Positions 17,852 to 27,473 of a stretch of 64,000 nucleotides of DNA are shown piece after piece. A program made the position numbers and the translations under genes. Within the stretch, counting starts at the first letter, position 1. Each line of letters begins with the position of its first letter. The DNA comes from Dehalococcoidia bacterium. GTDB lineage: Bacteria; Chloroflexota; Dehalococcoidia; Bin125. The notes below the pieces were generated by a model. That model made no database searches and was not told where the DNA came from. It was given only the letters and a program-made list of their open reading frames with translations. The stretch covers positions 2,304,190 through 2,368,189 of the forward strand of contig OZ244071.1 in NCBI GenBank assembly GCA_965215555.1. Reading direction: 5' to 3'.

Positions 17852-19204
17852 GTGACGGCATTTCAACGGTTGTGGCGAACGCGATTCGGTCGACTAACGC
17901 TAGTTATGGGCGCTGCCGCCCTGGCTCTGCTCGCGCTCACCGGTTTGGCCAGCGCGCAGGTCGCACTGCCCGAAGCGGTCTCCGAGCAAGGCGATTCGAT
18001 CCGCACGCTCTACTTCATCGTCTTCGCCATTGGCGTCATCGTCTTCATCATCGTCGAGGCGATGATCCTATGGGTCGTGTTCCGCTACAAGCGCAAGTCC
18101 GACGACGAGCTGCCCACACAGGTTGGCCATAACACCACTGCTGAAGTCCTCTGGACGGGTATCCCGACGGTCATCGTCGTCATCCTGTTCTTCGTGTCGT
18201 TCTTCGTGTTGCAGGACATTCAGGCCGCCGCCGATCCCGACGAGGAAGTGACTATTGTCGACGTCCAGGGTCGTCAGTGGGCCTGGGCGTTCAACTACGC
18301 GGTGCCGCTCGGCACTGAGTTGTCCGAGAGTATGTCCGAGGACCTGGCCGAGACAGACATCCATCTTGAGGACCCGTCCCTCGTCGTCCCGTTCATGACA
18401 CTCAAGATGGGCGTCGAGCACATGCGCGTCGTCGCCCGGACCGGTGATGTCGTCACGGTTGAGCGAGCTGTCAACGGTACGGTCGCCATCCGGCATAGCG
18501 CAGGTTCTGAAATCATGCGCGTCTTCAATGGCACCGACACGGTCGCCGAGGGTCGACTGCAGGCCGCCGACAACACGCCGATTGTGACCGTCCCGGTTGG
18601 CCAGATGATTCGCTTCAATATCGCATCCGCTGATGTGCTGCACGCCTTCTACACTCCGCAGTTCCTGACCAAACTTGACGCGGTCCCCGGCCGTGTGCAG
18701 ACCCTCTGGGTTCGAATCACCGACACCGGTGACTTCCAGAGCCAATGCGCTGAGTTCTGCGGTCGCGACCACGCCCGGATGATCTACACAGTCAGGGCGT
18801 TGCCGATGGCCGATTACGAGGCCTGGTTCGAAGACAAGGCAGGCGACGCACCCGAGCCGATCGAAGGCGACTTCGGTGGCGAAGAAGAGGTCGAGATGGA
18901 AGAGGGCGCGATCGGCAATCCGGCCAACGGCCAGAACCTGTTCTTCTCCCTGGGCTGCAACGTCTGCCACGGCGACAGCGGTGAAGGCCTCGTTGGCCCG
19001 ACCATTGCCATGACCGTCGTACCGCTCGACCGAGTGATTCTGCAGTACCGTGAGCCGCTCGAGGCGATGACCGAGTTCACGCCCGATCAGGTTTCGGACG
19101 AAGAAATCGCCGACATCTACGCTTGGCTGCAGTCGGTCGAACGACCACCTGCGGCAGACGAAATCCCCAGCAAACTGGCAGAATTGATCGAGGCCGGCGG
19201 CTAG
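17852..19204 (+). CDS. ctaC: Cytochrome c oxidase subunit II with C-terminal cytochrome c (caa3 type)
   Basis: Signal peptide, 2 TM, GRQWAWAFNY, CuA ligands DVLHAF and CAEFCGRDHARM, heme c motif CNVCH. Confidence 0.95.
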   Translation: MTAFQRLWRTRFGRLTLVMGAAALALLALTGLASAQVALPEAVSEQGDSIRTLYFIVFAIGVIVFIIVEAMILWVVFRYKRKSDDELPTQVGHNTTAEVLWTGIPTVIVVILFFVSFFVLQDIQAAADPDEEVTIVDVQGRQWAWAFNYAVPLGTELSESMSEDLAETDIHLEDPSLVVPFMTLKMGVEHMRVVARTGDVVTVERAVNGTVAIRHSAGSEIMRVFNGTDTVAEGRLQAADNTPIVTVPVGQMIRFNIASADVLHAFYTPQFLTKLDAVPGRVQTLWVRITDTGDFQSQCAEFCGRDHARMIYTVRALPMADYEAWFEDKAGDAPEPIEGDFGGEEEVEMEEGAIGNPANGQNLFFSLGCNVCHGDSGEGLVGPTIAMTVVPLDRVILQYREPLEAMTEFTPDQVSDEEIADIYAWLQSVERPPAADEIPSKLAELIEAGG

Positions 19205-19246
19205 CCCCGCCACGGCGGACGCGAAGACGCAGAGGGAGGCATCACG

Positions 19247-20977
19247 ATGGCGACACTGGCGGGGGCTCAGAACACACCGTATGCAGGCGCAAATGCCTGG
19301 CGCGTGATCCTCGAATGGTTGACCACGGTCGACCACAAGAAGATCGGCATCATGTACCTCTGGACGGCCGGCGCGTTCGGACTGGTCGGCATGGCGTTCT
19401 CCCTGGTTATGCGCACCGAGCTGGCGCAGACCGGCACCATCATTTCAGCCGAGACTTACAACTCGATCTTCACGATGCACGGCAGCGTGATGATCTTCCT
19501 CTTCTTGCTACCGGTCGGCGCGGCGTTCATGAATTACTCGATGCCGCTGCAAATCGGCGCGCTCGACATGGCGTTCCCTCGAATTAACGCGCTGTCCTTC
19601 TGGATCTTCCTCTTCGCTGGAGTGCTGCTGACCCTCAGCTTCGCTGTTGAGGGTGGAACCGCCTCCGCAGGCTGGACCGCCTACGCGCCTATCACGCTTG
19701 ACACGGGCAACAATGCCGAGCCGCCCGGCGTCGGGATGGACATGTGGTTAGTCGGTGTCATCCTGTTGGGTCAGGCGTCCATCTTCGGGTCTGTGAACTT
19801 CTTAGTCACGATCTTCAAGATGCGCGCGCCCGGCATGACCATGTGGCGCCTGCCGTTGTTCACCTGGACTACGCTCGTCACCGGTCTGCTGATTCTGCTC
19901 TCGACTCCGGTCCTCGCCGCTGCACTGGTGCTCGGCTTCATCGACCGCAACGGCGCGGGCGGAGCATTCTTTGACCCGGCCGCCGGCGGACAACCGCTGC
20001 TCTGGCAGAACCTGTTCTGGTTCTATTCGCACCCAGCCGTCTACATCATGATCCTGCCCGCGATGGGGATCGTCTCCGACGTGTTCGGCGTCTTCACCCG
20101 ACGCCCCGTCTTCGGCTATCGCTCGATGGTCCTGGCGCTTGTCGGCATCGGGTTGCTTGGATTCATCGTCTGGGCACACCACATGTTCACTACCGGTGGC
20201 GTCTTCCTGCCCTTCTTCATGGGTGCGACGTTCCTGATCGCGGTGCCAACCGGGGTCAAGATGTTCAACTGGATCGCCACCATGTGGCGCGGATCGAACA
20301 TCTTCCCCACGGCGATGCTGTTTAGCGTCGGATTCCTCATGCTCTTCCTGATTGGCGGCATCACCGGCGTCTTCCACGCGGCCGTGCCTGTCGACTTCGC
20401 CCTGCACGACACCTACTTCGTCGTTGGGCACTTCCACTACACCATGTCGATTGCGGCAACCTTCGGATTCCTCGCCGGTTGCTACTACTGGTTCCCCAAG
20501 ATGTTCGGCAAGTTCATGAACGAGGGCCTGGGCAAGCTCCATTTCTGGCTGTTGTTCATTGGCGTCAACCTGGTCTTCTTTACCCAGCTCTTGCTCGGGC
20601 TCGACGGCATGCCTCGCCGGATCAATGACTACGTTGACAACCCCGGCTGGGAGCTGATGAACATGCTGATTACGATCGGCGCGTTCGTCTCGGCCGCTGG
20701 CATGATGGTGTTCCTCTGGAACGTGTTCTACTCGCTCAAGTGGGGCGAGCGCGCAGGCTCCGACCCGTGGGAAGGCACCACGCTCGAGTGGGCGACGACA
20801 TCGCCGCCGCCGCCACACAACTTCGACTCGCTGCCCGAGATTCGCTCTGAGCGACCGCTGTTCGACCTCCGCTTCGGCGAGAAGCTGCAGGACGACCCGC
20901 ACTACCACGTCAACAACGGCCACAGCGGTGGAGGCGGCGCCAAACCGCCCTCCGCGTCCGCGCGGGAGGAGGGCTAG
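19247..20977 (+). CDS. ctaD: Cytochrome c oxidase subunit I, A2 type
   Basis: TVDHKKIG, TMHG, WFYSHPAVY (YS motif), WAHHMF, DTYFVVGHFHY, GMPRR. Confidence 0.97.
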   Translation: MATLAGAQNTPYAGANAWRVILEWLTTVDHKKIGIMYLWTAGAFGLVGMAFSLVMRTELAQTGTIISAETYNSIFTMHGSVMIFLFLLPVGAAFMNYSMPLQIGALDMAFPRINALSFWIFLFAGVLLTLSFAVEGGTASAGWTAYAPITLDTGNNAEPPGVGMDMWLVGVILLGQASIFGSVNFLVTIFKMRAPGMTMWRLPLFTWTTLVTGLLILLSTPVLAAALVLGFIDRNGAGGAFFDPAAGGQPLLWQNLFWFYSHPAVYIMILPAMGIVSDVFGVFTRRPVFGYRSMVLALVGIGLLGFIVWAHHMFTTGGVFLPFFMGATFLIAVPTGVKMFNWIATMWRGSNIFPTAMLFSVGFLMLFLIGGITGVFHAAVPVDFALHDTYFVVGHFHYTMSIAATFGFLAGCYYWFPKMFGKFMNEGLGKLHFWLLFIGVNLVFFTQLLLGLDGMPRRINDYVDNPGWELMNMLITIGAFVSAAGMMVFLWNVFYSLKWGERAGSDPWEGTTLEWATTSPPPPHNFDSLPEIRSERPLFDLRFGEKLQDDPHYHVNNGHSGGGGAKPPSASAREEG

Positions 20978-20979
20978 TC

Positions 20980-21600
20980 ATGGCAGCAGGAGCCATCACC
21001 CACAAGCGGGTGCACCCCGTCCGTAGCTTCCTCGTCGGCGACGAGCCGATGACGACCGGGCTGTGGGGCATCATCTTCTTCATCTTCTCCGAGGTCATGT
21101 TCTTCGCGGGACTGATCGCAGCGATGCTCGCCCTGCACAGTGACACGCTCTTCTGGGAACCAACCAACGGCGGTCACCGTCTCGAAGGCGCTGAGTGGCG
21201 TCCGATTCTGTTCACGGCCCTCCTGGTTAGCACATCGATCCCGATGCAGATCGCGGCGTTCGCGATTCGCAAGGGCAATCGCAAGGCGATGTTGATCAAC
21301 ATGGGCATCGTGCTGGTGGTCGGCGTTGCCTTCATGATCAACCAGTACTTCGAGTGGCAGCACGCCGACTTCGGCATCTCCGATGGTCCGTACGCCGCCA
21401 CGTTCTACACGCTCACAGGATTCCACGGCGCTCACGTGATTGGCGGGCTGGTCTTCATCTTCGCGCAGTGGCTGCGCGGTCTGTTGGGGCACTTCGATGC
21501 CAAACGCAACACTGCGATTGAGGCCGCGACGCTCTACTGGCACTTCGTGGGCTTCGTATGGTTGCTCGTGATCTTCCCGCTCGTCTTCTTCCTCAGCTGA
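20980..21600 (+). CDS. ctaE: Cytochrome c oxidase subunit III
   Basis: FIFSEVMFFAGL, FYTLTGFHGAHV, LYWHFVGFVW. Confidence 0.95.
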   Translation: MAAGAITHKRVHPVRSFLVGDEPMTTGLWGIIFFIFSEVMFFAGLIAAMLALHSDTLFWEPTNGGHRLEGAEWRPILFTALLVSTSIPMQIAAFAIRKGNRKAMLINMGIVLVVGVAFMINQYFEWQHADFGISDGPYAATFYTLTGFHGAHVIGGLVFIFAQWLRGLLGHFDAKRNTAIEAATLYWHFVGFVWLLVIFPLVFFLS

Positions 21601-21613
21601 CTGGGACAGTCAG

Positions 21614-22615
21614 GTGAGAAGCAGGCCGCGAGCGCTGTTCGCGGTCGCCTGCGGACTCGCGGCCGTCGTCGCGCCATCGGCCGCGCTGGCGCATGACGGT
21701 CGGTACGCCGAGTCGGGCGACTTTCTTCATGCCCTCGGAGTCTGGAGTGTCGACGCTCCCGGTCTGGCGCTGGTGCTGATCGTCGGTGGACTCTACGCCT
21801 GGGGCTACTACCGACTGCGGCGCGACTCACCGAACTTTCATTTTCCCCGTTGGCACGGCTGGTGTTTCTTCGCCGGTTGGGTGTTCATGTTGTTGGGGCT
21901 CGTGTCTCCAATTGACACCTACTCGGACGATCTGTTCTGGGTACACATGGTCCAGCATGTGTTCATCACCATGCTGGTGGCGCCGCTGATGCTGCTGGGT
22001 GCTCCGGCGACTCTGGCGCTGCGATCCGCCTCGCCACGGATACGAACGTCGTATCTGGTGCCGTTCCTCAACTCCAGACTGGTCCGAGTCCTGACCTGGC
22101 CGCCGGCCGCGATCATCATCTACATCGCCAGCGTGTGGAGCTGGCACTGGCCCGACGCGTACGACGCGGCCATCGCGTCAGAGGCGGTGCACTTCGTCGA
22201 ACACGGTGTGTTTCTCTTCGGCGCTGTCCTGCTCTGGTGGATGGTGATCGGCGTCGACGCGACCCGTCTGCGACCGCATCACGTCTGGCGCTGCGCCTTG
22301 CTGGTCCTCGCGATCATGCAGAACATCGGTCTGGGGGTCATCCTGATCAACGTCGGAGACGCGATCTACGACACCTACGCGACCGCCGCCGCTGTTCGCG
22401 AGTGGGGACCGACCGCGCTGATTGATCAACGGATCGGCGCCGGCATCATGTGGGTGCCGGGATCCATGATGTTCGCACTCGCCGTCATCATGACGGTCTA
22501 CTTCTGGGCCGAGCGAGAGGGGTTCAAGGATCGCCGCAACGACGCGGTGCGCGATATGCAGATTCGTGTCCACGGTGAGATCCCGACTCTCGGACCGCGG
22601 CCTGGCGAACACTGA
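21614..22615 (+). CDS. ctaG: caa3 oxidase assembly factor CtaG
   Basis: SPIDTYSDDLFWVHMVQH, APLMLLG, WHWP, HFVEH, DQRIGAGIMWVPG. Confidence 0.9.
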   Translation: MRSRPRALFAVACGLAAVVAPSAALAHDGRYAESGDFLHALGVWSVDAPGLALVLIVGGLYAWGYYRLRRDSPNFHFPRWHGWCFFAGWVFMLLGLVSPIDTYSDDLFWVHMVQHVFITMLVAPLMLLGAPATLALRSASPRIRTSYLVPFLNSRLVRVLTWPPAAIIIYIASVWSWHWPDAYDAAIASEAVHFVEHGVFLFGAVLLWWMVIGVDATRLRPHHVWRCALLVLAIMQNIGLGVILINVGDAIYDTYATAAAVREWGPTALIDQRIGAGIMWVPGSMMFALAVIMTVYFWAEREGFKDRRNDAVRDMQIRVHGEIPTLGPRPGEH

Positions 22616-22630
22616 ACCACCGTGATGGCC

Positions 22631-22666
22631 AGCGAAGCTCAGCCCAGCTCAGCCAAGCTCAGTGAA
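22631..22666. repeat. 10-bp-period tandem repeat between ctaG and ctaA
   Basis: AGCGAAGCTC AGCCCAGCTC AGCCAAGCTC AGTGAA. Confidence 0.8.
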
Positions 22667-22762
22667 ACAATGTGCCCTGCGCATTTCGCCGATGCGCTGA
22701 AGAGTGCGACACTTAACCAGATAGGGTCCTCACAGGCCGGTTGATAGACGGATCTGCGTTCG

Positions 22763-23821
22763 ATGGCATCGATGACCAGGTTTCAACGAGTCGGTCTGGG
22801 ACTGGTCATTGGCCTGTTGGCGTTGACCGCCCTGGGCGGCATCGTTCGGGTCACAGGGTCTGGCCTCGCTTGTCCCGACTGGCCCGCTTGCTACGGAGGA
22901 CTGATTCCCTCCGGCGACTTCGGTGAGTTTGCGGCGTACCAGGTCTGGCTCGAGTGGACCCACCGCCTGGTCGCAGCGATCATGGGTTTCATCATCCTTG
23001 GCTACGCCATCGTCGCCTGGCGTCGATACCGAGATCAGGTTCGCGTCTGGCTGCCCGCCGTCCTTGCGATCCCGCTCTTGGCGCTTCAGGTCGTGTTGGG
23101 TGGCCTGACCGTGACCGAGCAGCTCGAATCGCTAATCGTCACGTCTCACCTTGCCACCGCCATGTTGATCATCGCGACCGTCGCAATCTCGTGGCTGAGT
23201 ACCTTCGCCTGGCAAACCGTGACGCCCGACGACGATGCGCCGCTCGGAACCGATGCTCCGTCGCAAGCGCGCAATTTCGCTCGCATCGTCCTGATCACGA
23301 CAATCCTCGTCTATGCGGTCGTCGTGGTCGGCTCCTATGTGACGCATGTCGGCGCAGGACCCGATGCGGGATCCCACGTAGGTCCGGGTGGCGCAGCCTG
23401 CGGAAATCAGTGGCCGTTCTGTTACGGAGGCCTGTTCCCCGAAGGCGAGTACGCTCAATGGAACATGGGTCACCGATTCTTGGTCCTGTTTGGCGGACTC
23501 GCCCTGTTCGGCGCATCAATGGGCGTCGTGATGTTGCGGCCCCGCTCGCGGTCATTGACATTCCTGATTCACGGAGCAACGACGCTGTTCGTCGCTCAGA
23601 TATTCATCGGCGGCGCGATGATCTGGATTAACTTCGACGCTTGGGCACGCGCAATGCACCTGTCTATGGGGTCAATCGTCTGGCTAGTGGTCACTTCATC
23701 TGCACTGGTCGCGGCCTACCGTGCAGGTTGGCTGCGATCTGGTCCGCAGGTTGTCGGACAACCACATCCGGCAACGGTCGATGCCGACGCAGTCCCGTCC
23801 GAGAGTGAGGTCAACGGATGA
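22763..23821 (+). CDS. ctaA: Heme A synthase CtaA (type 1, Cys pairs in both halves)
   Basis: GLACPDWPAC, EWTHRL, SHL, CGNQWPFC, MGHR, AMHL. Confidence 0.9.
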   Translation: MASMTRFQRVGLGLVIGLLALTALGGIVRVTGSGLACPDWPACYGGLIPSGDFGEFAAYQVWLEWTHRLVAAIMGFIILGYAIVAWRRYRDQVRVWLPAVLAIPLLALQVVLGGLTVTEQLESLIVTSHLATAMLIIATVAISWLSTFAWQTVTPDDDAPLGTDAPSQARNFARIVLITTILVYAVVVVGSYVTHVGAGPDAGSHVGPGGAACGNQWPFCYGGLFPEGEYAQWNMGHRFLVLFGGLALFGASMGVVMLRPRSRSLTFLIHGATTLFVAQIFIGGAMIWINFDAWARAMHLSMGSIVWLVVTSSALVAAYRAGWLRSGPQVVGQPHPATVDADAVPSESEVNG

Positions 23822-24747
23822 CCGATCGTCCTCTCACTTTGCAAGGACCCGCATCGATCTCGGTCTCACGTCGGACACTCGATCTGGCCAAAGGATTCTG
23901 GGATCTGACCAAGCCGGGCATTATCGGCCTGTTGCTGGTCACGACCGTGCCCACGATGATCGTTGCGGCCGACGGATGGCCGCGCGACAGCTTCGTCGAT
24001 GGCCTCGCACTGATCGTGCTCACCCTGCTCGGAGGCGTGCTGACCGCTGGCGGCGCGAACACGTTCAATCAGTGGTTCGACCGCGACATCGACGCAATCA
24101 TGGATCGCACCGCCGACCGACCCTTGCCGTCGGGCGTGATCCAACCCTGGCAGGCGTTGGCCTGGGGCGTATTCCTGGCGACCGTCGGCGGTATACAGCT
24201 CGCGTTGACTGTCAATCTGCTCGCCGCATTGCTGGCCGAGGCGGCCGTCCTGTTCTACGTCTTCATCTACACGATCTGGCTCAAGCGCTCGACGACCCAG
24301 AACATTGTCATCGGTGGCGCGGCCGGATCGATTCCGCCGCTGGTTGGCTGGGCTGCCGTCACTGGCGAGGTGACATGGACGCCGTTCATCCTCTTTCTGG
24401 TCATCTTCATGTGGACGCCGCCGCATTTCTGGGCGCTGGCGTTGAAGTATCGCGACGACTACGCCAAGGCCGATGTCCCGATGCTGCCCGTCGTCTCCGG
24501 CGAACGTGAGACACGCAAGCAGTTGTTGATCTACTCCATCGGTCTGGTCGCCGTCAGCCTGCTCGGACCGCTGGGTGGACATCTGAGTTGGTGTTACGAG
24601 ATCACCTGTGTGATTTCCGGCGCCATCTTCATCTACATCGCCTGGCAGGTTTGGAAAGAGCAGGCGCCGCCGATGCGCCTCTTCTTCGCTTCAATCGCCT
24701 ACCTGTTCATCATCTTCGTGGCCGTCGGGCTGGATGTGCTCGTCTAG
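23818..24747 (+). CDS. ctaB: Protoheme IX farnesyltransferase
   Basis: LTKPGI, NQWFDRDIDAIMDRTADRPLPSG, LKRSTTQNIVIGG, WTPPHFWALA, DYAKADVPMLPV. Confidence 0.97.
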   Translation: MTDRPLTLQGPASISVSRRTLDLAKGFWDLTKPGIIGLLLVTTVPTMIVAADGWPRDSFVDGLALIVLTLLGGVLTAGGANTFNQWFDRDIDAIMDRTADRPLPSGVIQPWQALAWGVFLATVGGIQLALTVNLLAALLAEAAVLFYVFIYTIWLKRSTTQNIVIGGAAGSIPPLVGWAAVTGEVTWTPFILFLVIFMWTPPHFWALALKYRDDYAKADVPMLPVVSGERETRKQLLIYSIGLVAVSLLGPLGGHLSWCYEITCVISGAIFIYIAWQVWKEQAPPMRLFFASIAYLFIIFVAVGLDVLV

Positions 24748-25637
24748 CGCAGTGCCTCTTCGATCGCTGCTGCCAAATCAGACATCTCGACCACGATTTC
24801 GAAGCGAGCTGCAACGCGGCCTGCTTCGTCGATCACGAAGAACTGCGGTTCCGCCTCGATCCCCCAACCTTCGTTGGCTGCGTCAATCAATGCCTGTAGC
24901 GCTGCAGGCCGGGGACGTCCGAACGGTTCCACGTGCAGGACGGCGATCATGTCTTGCTTGTAGATCGTGCGCGCCTGGTCAACTGCCCGAGCACAGGCCA
25001 ATCTGCCAGCACAGCGATCTGCGGACGCCCACACGATCAGAAACGGCTCGCGCGCGCTGACCAACTGTGGCGCAGTTCGCTCGTACAGGCCGAGGAATGC
25101 GTCAGGCGTCTCCGGCATACGCTCGAGCACACCGTCGGCCATTGTCGGCGTGGAAACATCGGGCACGATTGAGCCAGCAGCCAGTCCGCGCGGAGCGTCG
25201 TTCACGACAAACGACAGTCGCGGCGAACTCTCCGCATTGCCGTCGCCCAACTCCACTGTGACGGCGATCGCCCAGTTGCCGCCGACTTGAAACGGCGGCT
25301 CGGAGGCCACGAGGTATCGCAACCCTTCGACATCGATCGTGCTCAGTTCCGCTTGCGAATGGAACTTGATGCCGCCCTCAGTTGGCTCGAAGTATCGAAT
25401 GCGGAACGTTGCGTCTTCGCCGAACTCAGGCTGCCGATCACGCTCCAACAGGGTCAACACCAGCCTGGGAACACCGACAAACACGTCGGATGACTCGATC
25501 ACGGGCACGAATGCCGCCTCTGCAGGCGTAATCACCACGCGGTTGTCCGATGCGTCGCAAGCGGCGAATGTGACCGCGCCGGCGATCAGTCCGACCAGTC
25601 CAATCAGGATCAGAGTTGTCCGCAGTCGATCAATCAT
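24744..25637 (-). CDS. Hypothetical lipoprotein with a C-terminal thioredoxin-like domain
   Basis: Start ATG 25637. Signal ending FAAC; C-terminal FLIVWASADRCAGRLAC...LHVEP...EPQFFVIDEAGRVAARFE. Confidence 0.6.
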   Translation of the reverse strand: MIDRLRTTLILIGLVGLIAGAVTFAACDASDNRVVITPAEAAFVPVIESSDVFVGVPRLVLTLLERDRQPEFGEDATFRIRYFEPTEGGIKFHSQAELSTIDVEGLRYLVASEPPFQVGGNWAIAVTVELGDGNAESSPRLSFVVNDAPRGLAAGSIVPDVSTPTMADGVLERMPETPDAFLGLYERTAPQLVSAREPFLIVWASADRCAGRLACARAVDQARTIYKQDMIAVLHVEPFGRPRPAALQALIDAANEGWGIEAEPQFFVIDEAGRVAARFEIVVEMSDLAAAIEEALR

Positions 25638-25641
25638 GCGA

Positions 25642-26433
25642 CTACACCGCTCTGGGCGCCCGTCGCAGCCCGAACACGAACAGTGCGACCGCCAGACCTC
25701 CCAGCACCAGACCATCGATCAGTGGTCCGATCAGCCCTTCGGGCGAGTCCGCGTATGACGCGTAGTGCAAGAGGTCGACGGCGTATGTCAGGGGATTCGC
25801 ATAACCGATCACTTCCAGCCACGTCGGCACCTGATCCAACGGGAAGAACGCACCGGAAAGAAAGAACAGCGGGAACAGGACGAGGTTCATGATCAGATGA
25901 AAGCCCTGCATGGTCTTGATTCTGATCGCCAACAGCAGTGACAGGCCTGAGAGCATGAAGTTCAGGGCCAGAATCGTGACAACCACCGTCGCGACGCCGC
26001 CAAGCCAACCGAACTGCCAGGCAAGATCAATACCCGGGATCACGACGGCCAGCACCAGCACCGACAAGGCCTGTAGCGATCCGATCATGATCGACCCCAG
26101 CGCCTTGCCGAACAGGATCGTTTGCGCGCTGTGCGGCGAGGCCAGCATGGCCCGCAACAGTCCACTCTCGCGGTCGCGGTAGAAACCGGCGCTGGAGAAG
26201 GTGGATGAAAACAGCGCGGTCATTGCAATCATCCCCGGTGCCAGGAACGATGTGTAGTCACCATCCAGGATCCGCTCCGAAGTCGGAGACAATCCGCTGG
26301 AAACGCCGGTGCCCAGGAGTGCGAGCAACATCAGGGGAAACAGGATCGACGAGTACAACTGCGAACGCGATCGCGCGACCGCCTTCAGATCACGGGCCAA
26401 CAGCGCCCAGGATGCAGTCGCGGTGGCGATCAT
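25642..26433 (-). CDS. ABC-2 type transporter permease
   Basis: 6 TM. FLAPG, DRESGLL, PLFFLSGAFFPL, NPLTY. Confidence 0.9.
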   Translation of the reverse strand: MIATATASWALLARDLKAVARSRSQLYSSILFPLMLLALLGTGVSSGLSPTSERILDGDYTSFLAPGMIAMTALFSSTFSSAGFYRDRESGLLRAMLASPHSAQTILFGKALGSIMIGSLQALSVLVLAVVIPGIDLAWQFGWLGGVATVVVTILALNFMLSGLSLLLAIRIKTMQGFHLIMNLVLFPLFFLSGAFFPLDQVPTWLEVIGYANPLTYAVDLLHYASYADSPEGLIGPLIDGLVLGGLAVALFVFGLRRAPRAV

Positions 26434-27395
26434 TGCCTCTCCTCCGCGTCCTCCGCCAATGGTCGACCCACAATCTGGAACCAGGCGTCGCGCAGGCTGG
26501 ACTCGTGAATCCTCAGCCCAATGATCCGGGCACCGTATGACTCGAATAGCTGCGGCACGATTTCAGCCGAACTGTCCACGGTCAGGTGCAACCCACCTTC
26601 GGATCGCAATACCGCACCGACACCCGGCCAGCGTGCCAGCTCGGCCACGTCGTCATCATCCGCATCGGGCCAGTCGAGCTCAAGCGCGTCGGCCCGCAAC
26701 TCGGAGGTCAGATTCCTGGGAGTGTCTTCCGCGACAATGCGACCTTCACTAACCATCACCACGCGGTCGGCATGCGCCTCTGCTTCTGCCGTGTCATTCG
26801 AGCAGACCACGACGGCGATGCCCTCTGTCACCCGTTGGCGCAGCGTCTCCCAGATGGCGTCGCTTGAGTCGGGGTCAAGCGCCAGCGTCGGCTCATCGAG
26901 CAGCAATAGGTCAGGATGATGCAACAGCGCTCTGGCGATATCAAGGCGTCGTCGCAGACCGCCGGACAACGCCTCACATCGATCATGCGCACGGTCGGCG
27001 ATGCCCAGCGAGTCCAGCAACTCACTGCTACGCCGATTCAATTCAGCACGGCGCAGACCGAAGAGCCGACCGTGAAGCTGCAACGTTTCCTGCACCGTCA
27101 TCAGATCGTCGGTGCTCGCCTCCTGCAGAACCAGTCCGATGCGCCGTCGGGCATCTGGACCGTGCGGCGCGCCGAAGATTGAGACTTCGCCTTCCTGGAG
27201 CGCGATCTCGCCGCTCAGCACTTTCAGGATGGTGGACTTGCCCGCTCCGTTCGGACCAAGCAGCGTGACCACCTCGCCGTGACGAACGGTGAGGTCGATG
27301 TCGGACACGCCGCGCCCGCCAGGCCAGGCAAAGGCCGCGCCGCTCAGGTTCGCGGGCAGAACAGAATCGAAGCTGTCAATCGGGGTATTCGACAC
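26430..27395 (-). CDS. ABC transporter ATP-binding protein (DrrA-like)
   Basis: GPNGAGKS, LSGGLRRRL, LLLDEPT. Confidence 0.92.
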   Translation of the reverse strand: MSNTPIDSFDSVLPANLSGAAFAWPGGRGVSDIDLTVRHGEVVTLLGPNGAGKSTILKVLSGEIALQEGEVSIFGAPHGPDARRRIGLVLQEASTDDLMTVQETLQLHGRLFGLRRAELNRRSSELLDSLGIADRAHDRCEALSGGLRRRLDIARALLHHPDLLLLDEPTLALDPDSSDAIWETLRQRVTEGIAVVVCSNDTAEAEAHADRVVMVSEGRIVAEDTPRNLTSELRADALELDWPDADDDDVAELARWPGVGAVLRSEGGLHLTVDSSAEIVPQLFESYGARIIGLRIHESSLRDAWFQIVGRPLAEDAEERQ

Positions 27396-27473
27396 AGGTC
27401 AAAGTGTATCTGTGGTGCGATACTCTGCGATCCGTCAGCCGAATTGCGGCGATGGGACAGCTCAGGAGGCTCC

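Noticed and set aside
15040-20923. Long antisense ORFs (15040..16221, 18068..19336, 19802..20923)
   Set aside because: They lie opposite well-supported genes, have no motifs, and are expected in GC-rich DNA with few stop codons.
27279-27473. N-terminal extension of nadE in the ORF track
   Set aside because: It overlaps the divergent ABC ATPase gene. A strong SD supports GTG 27474.
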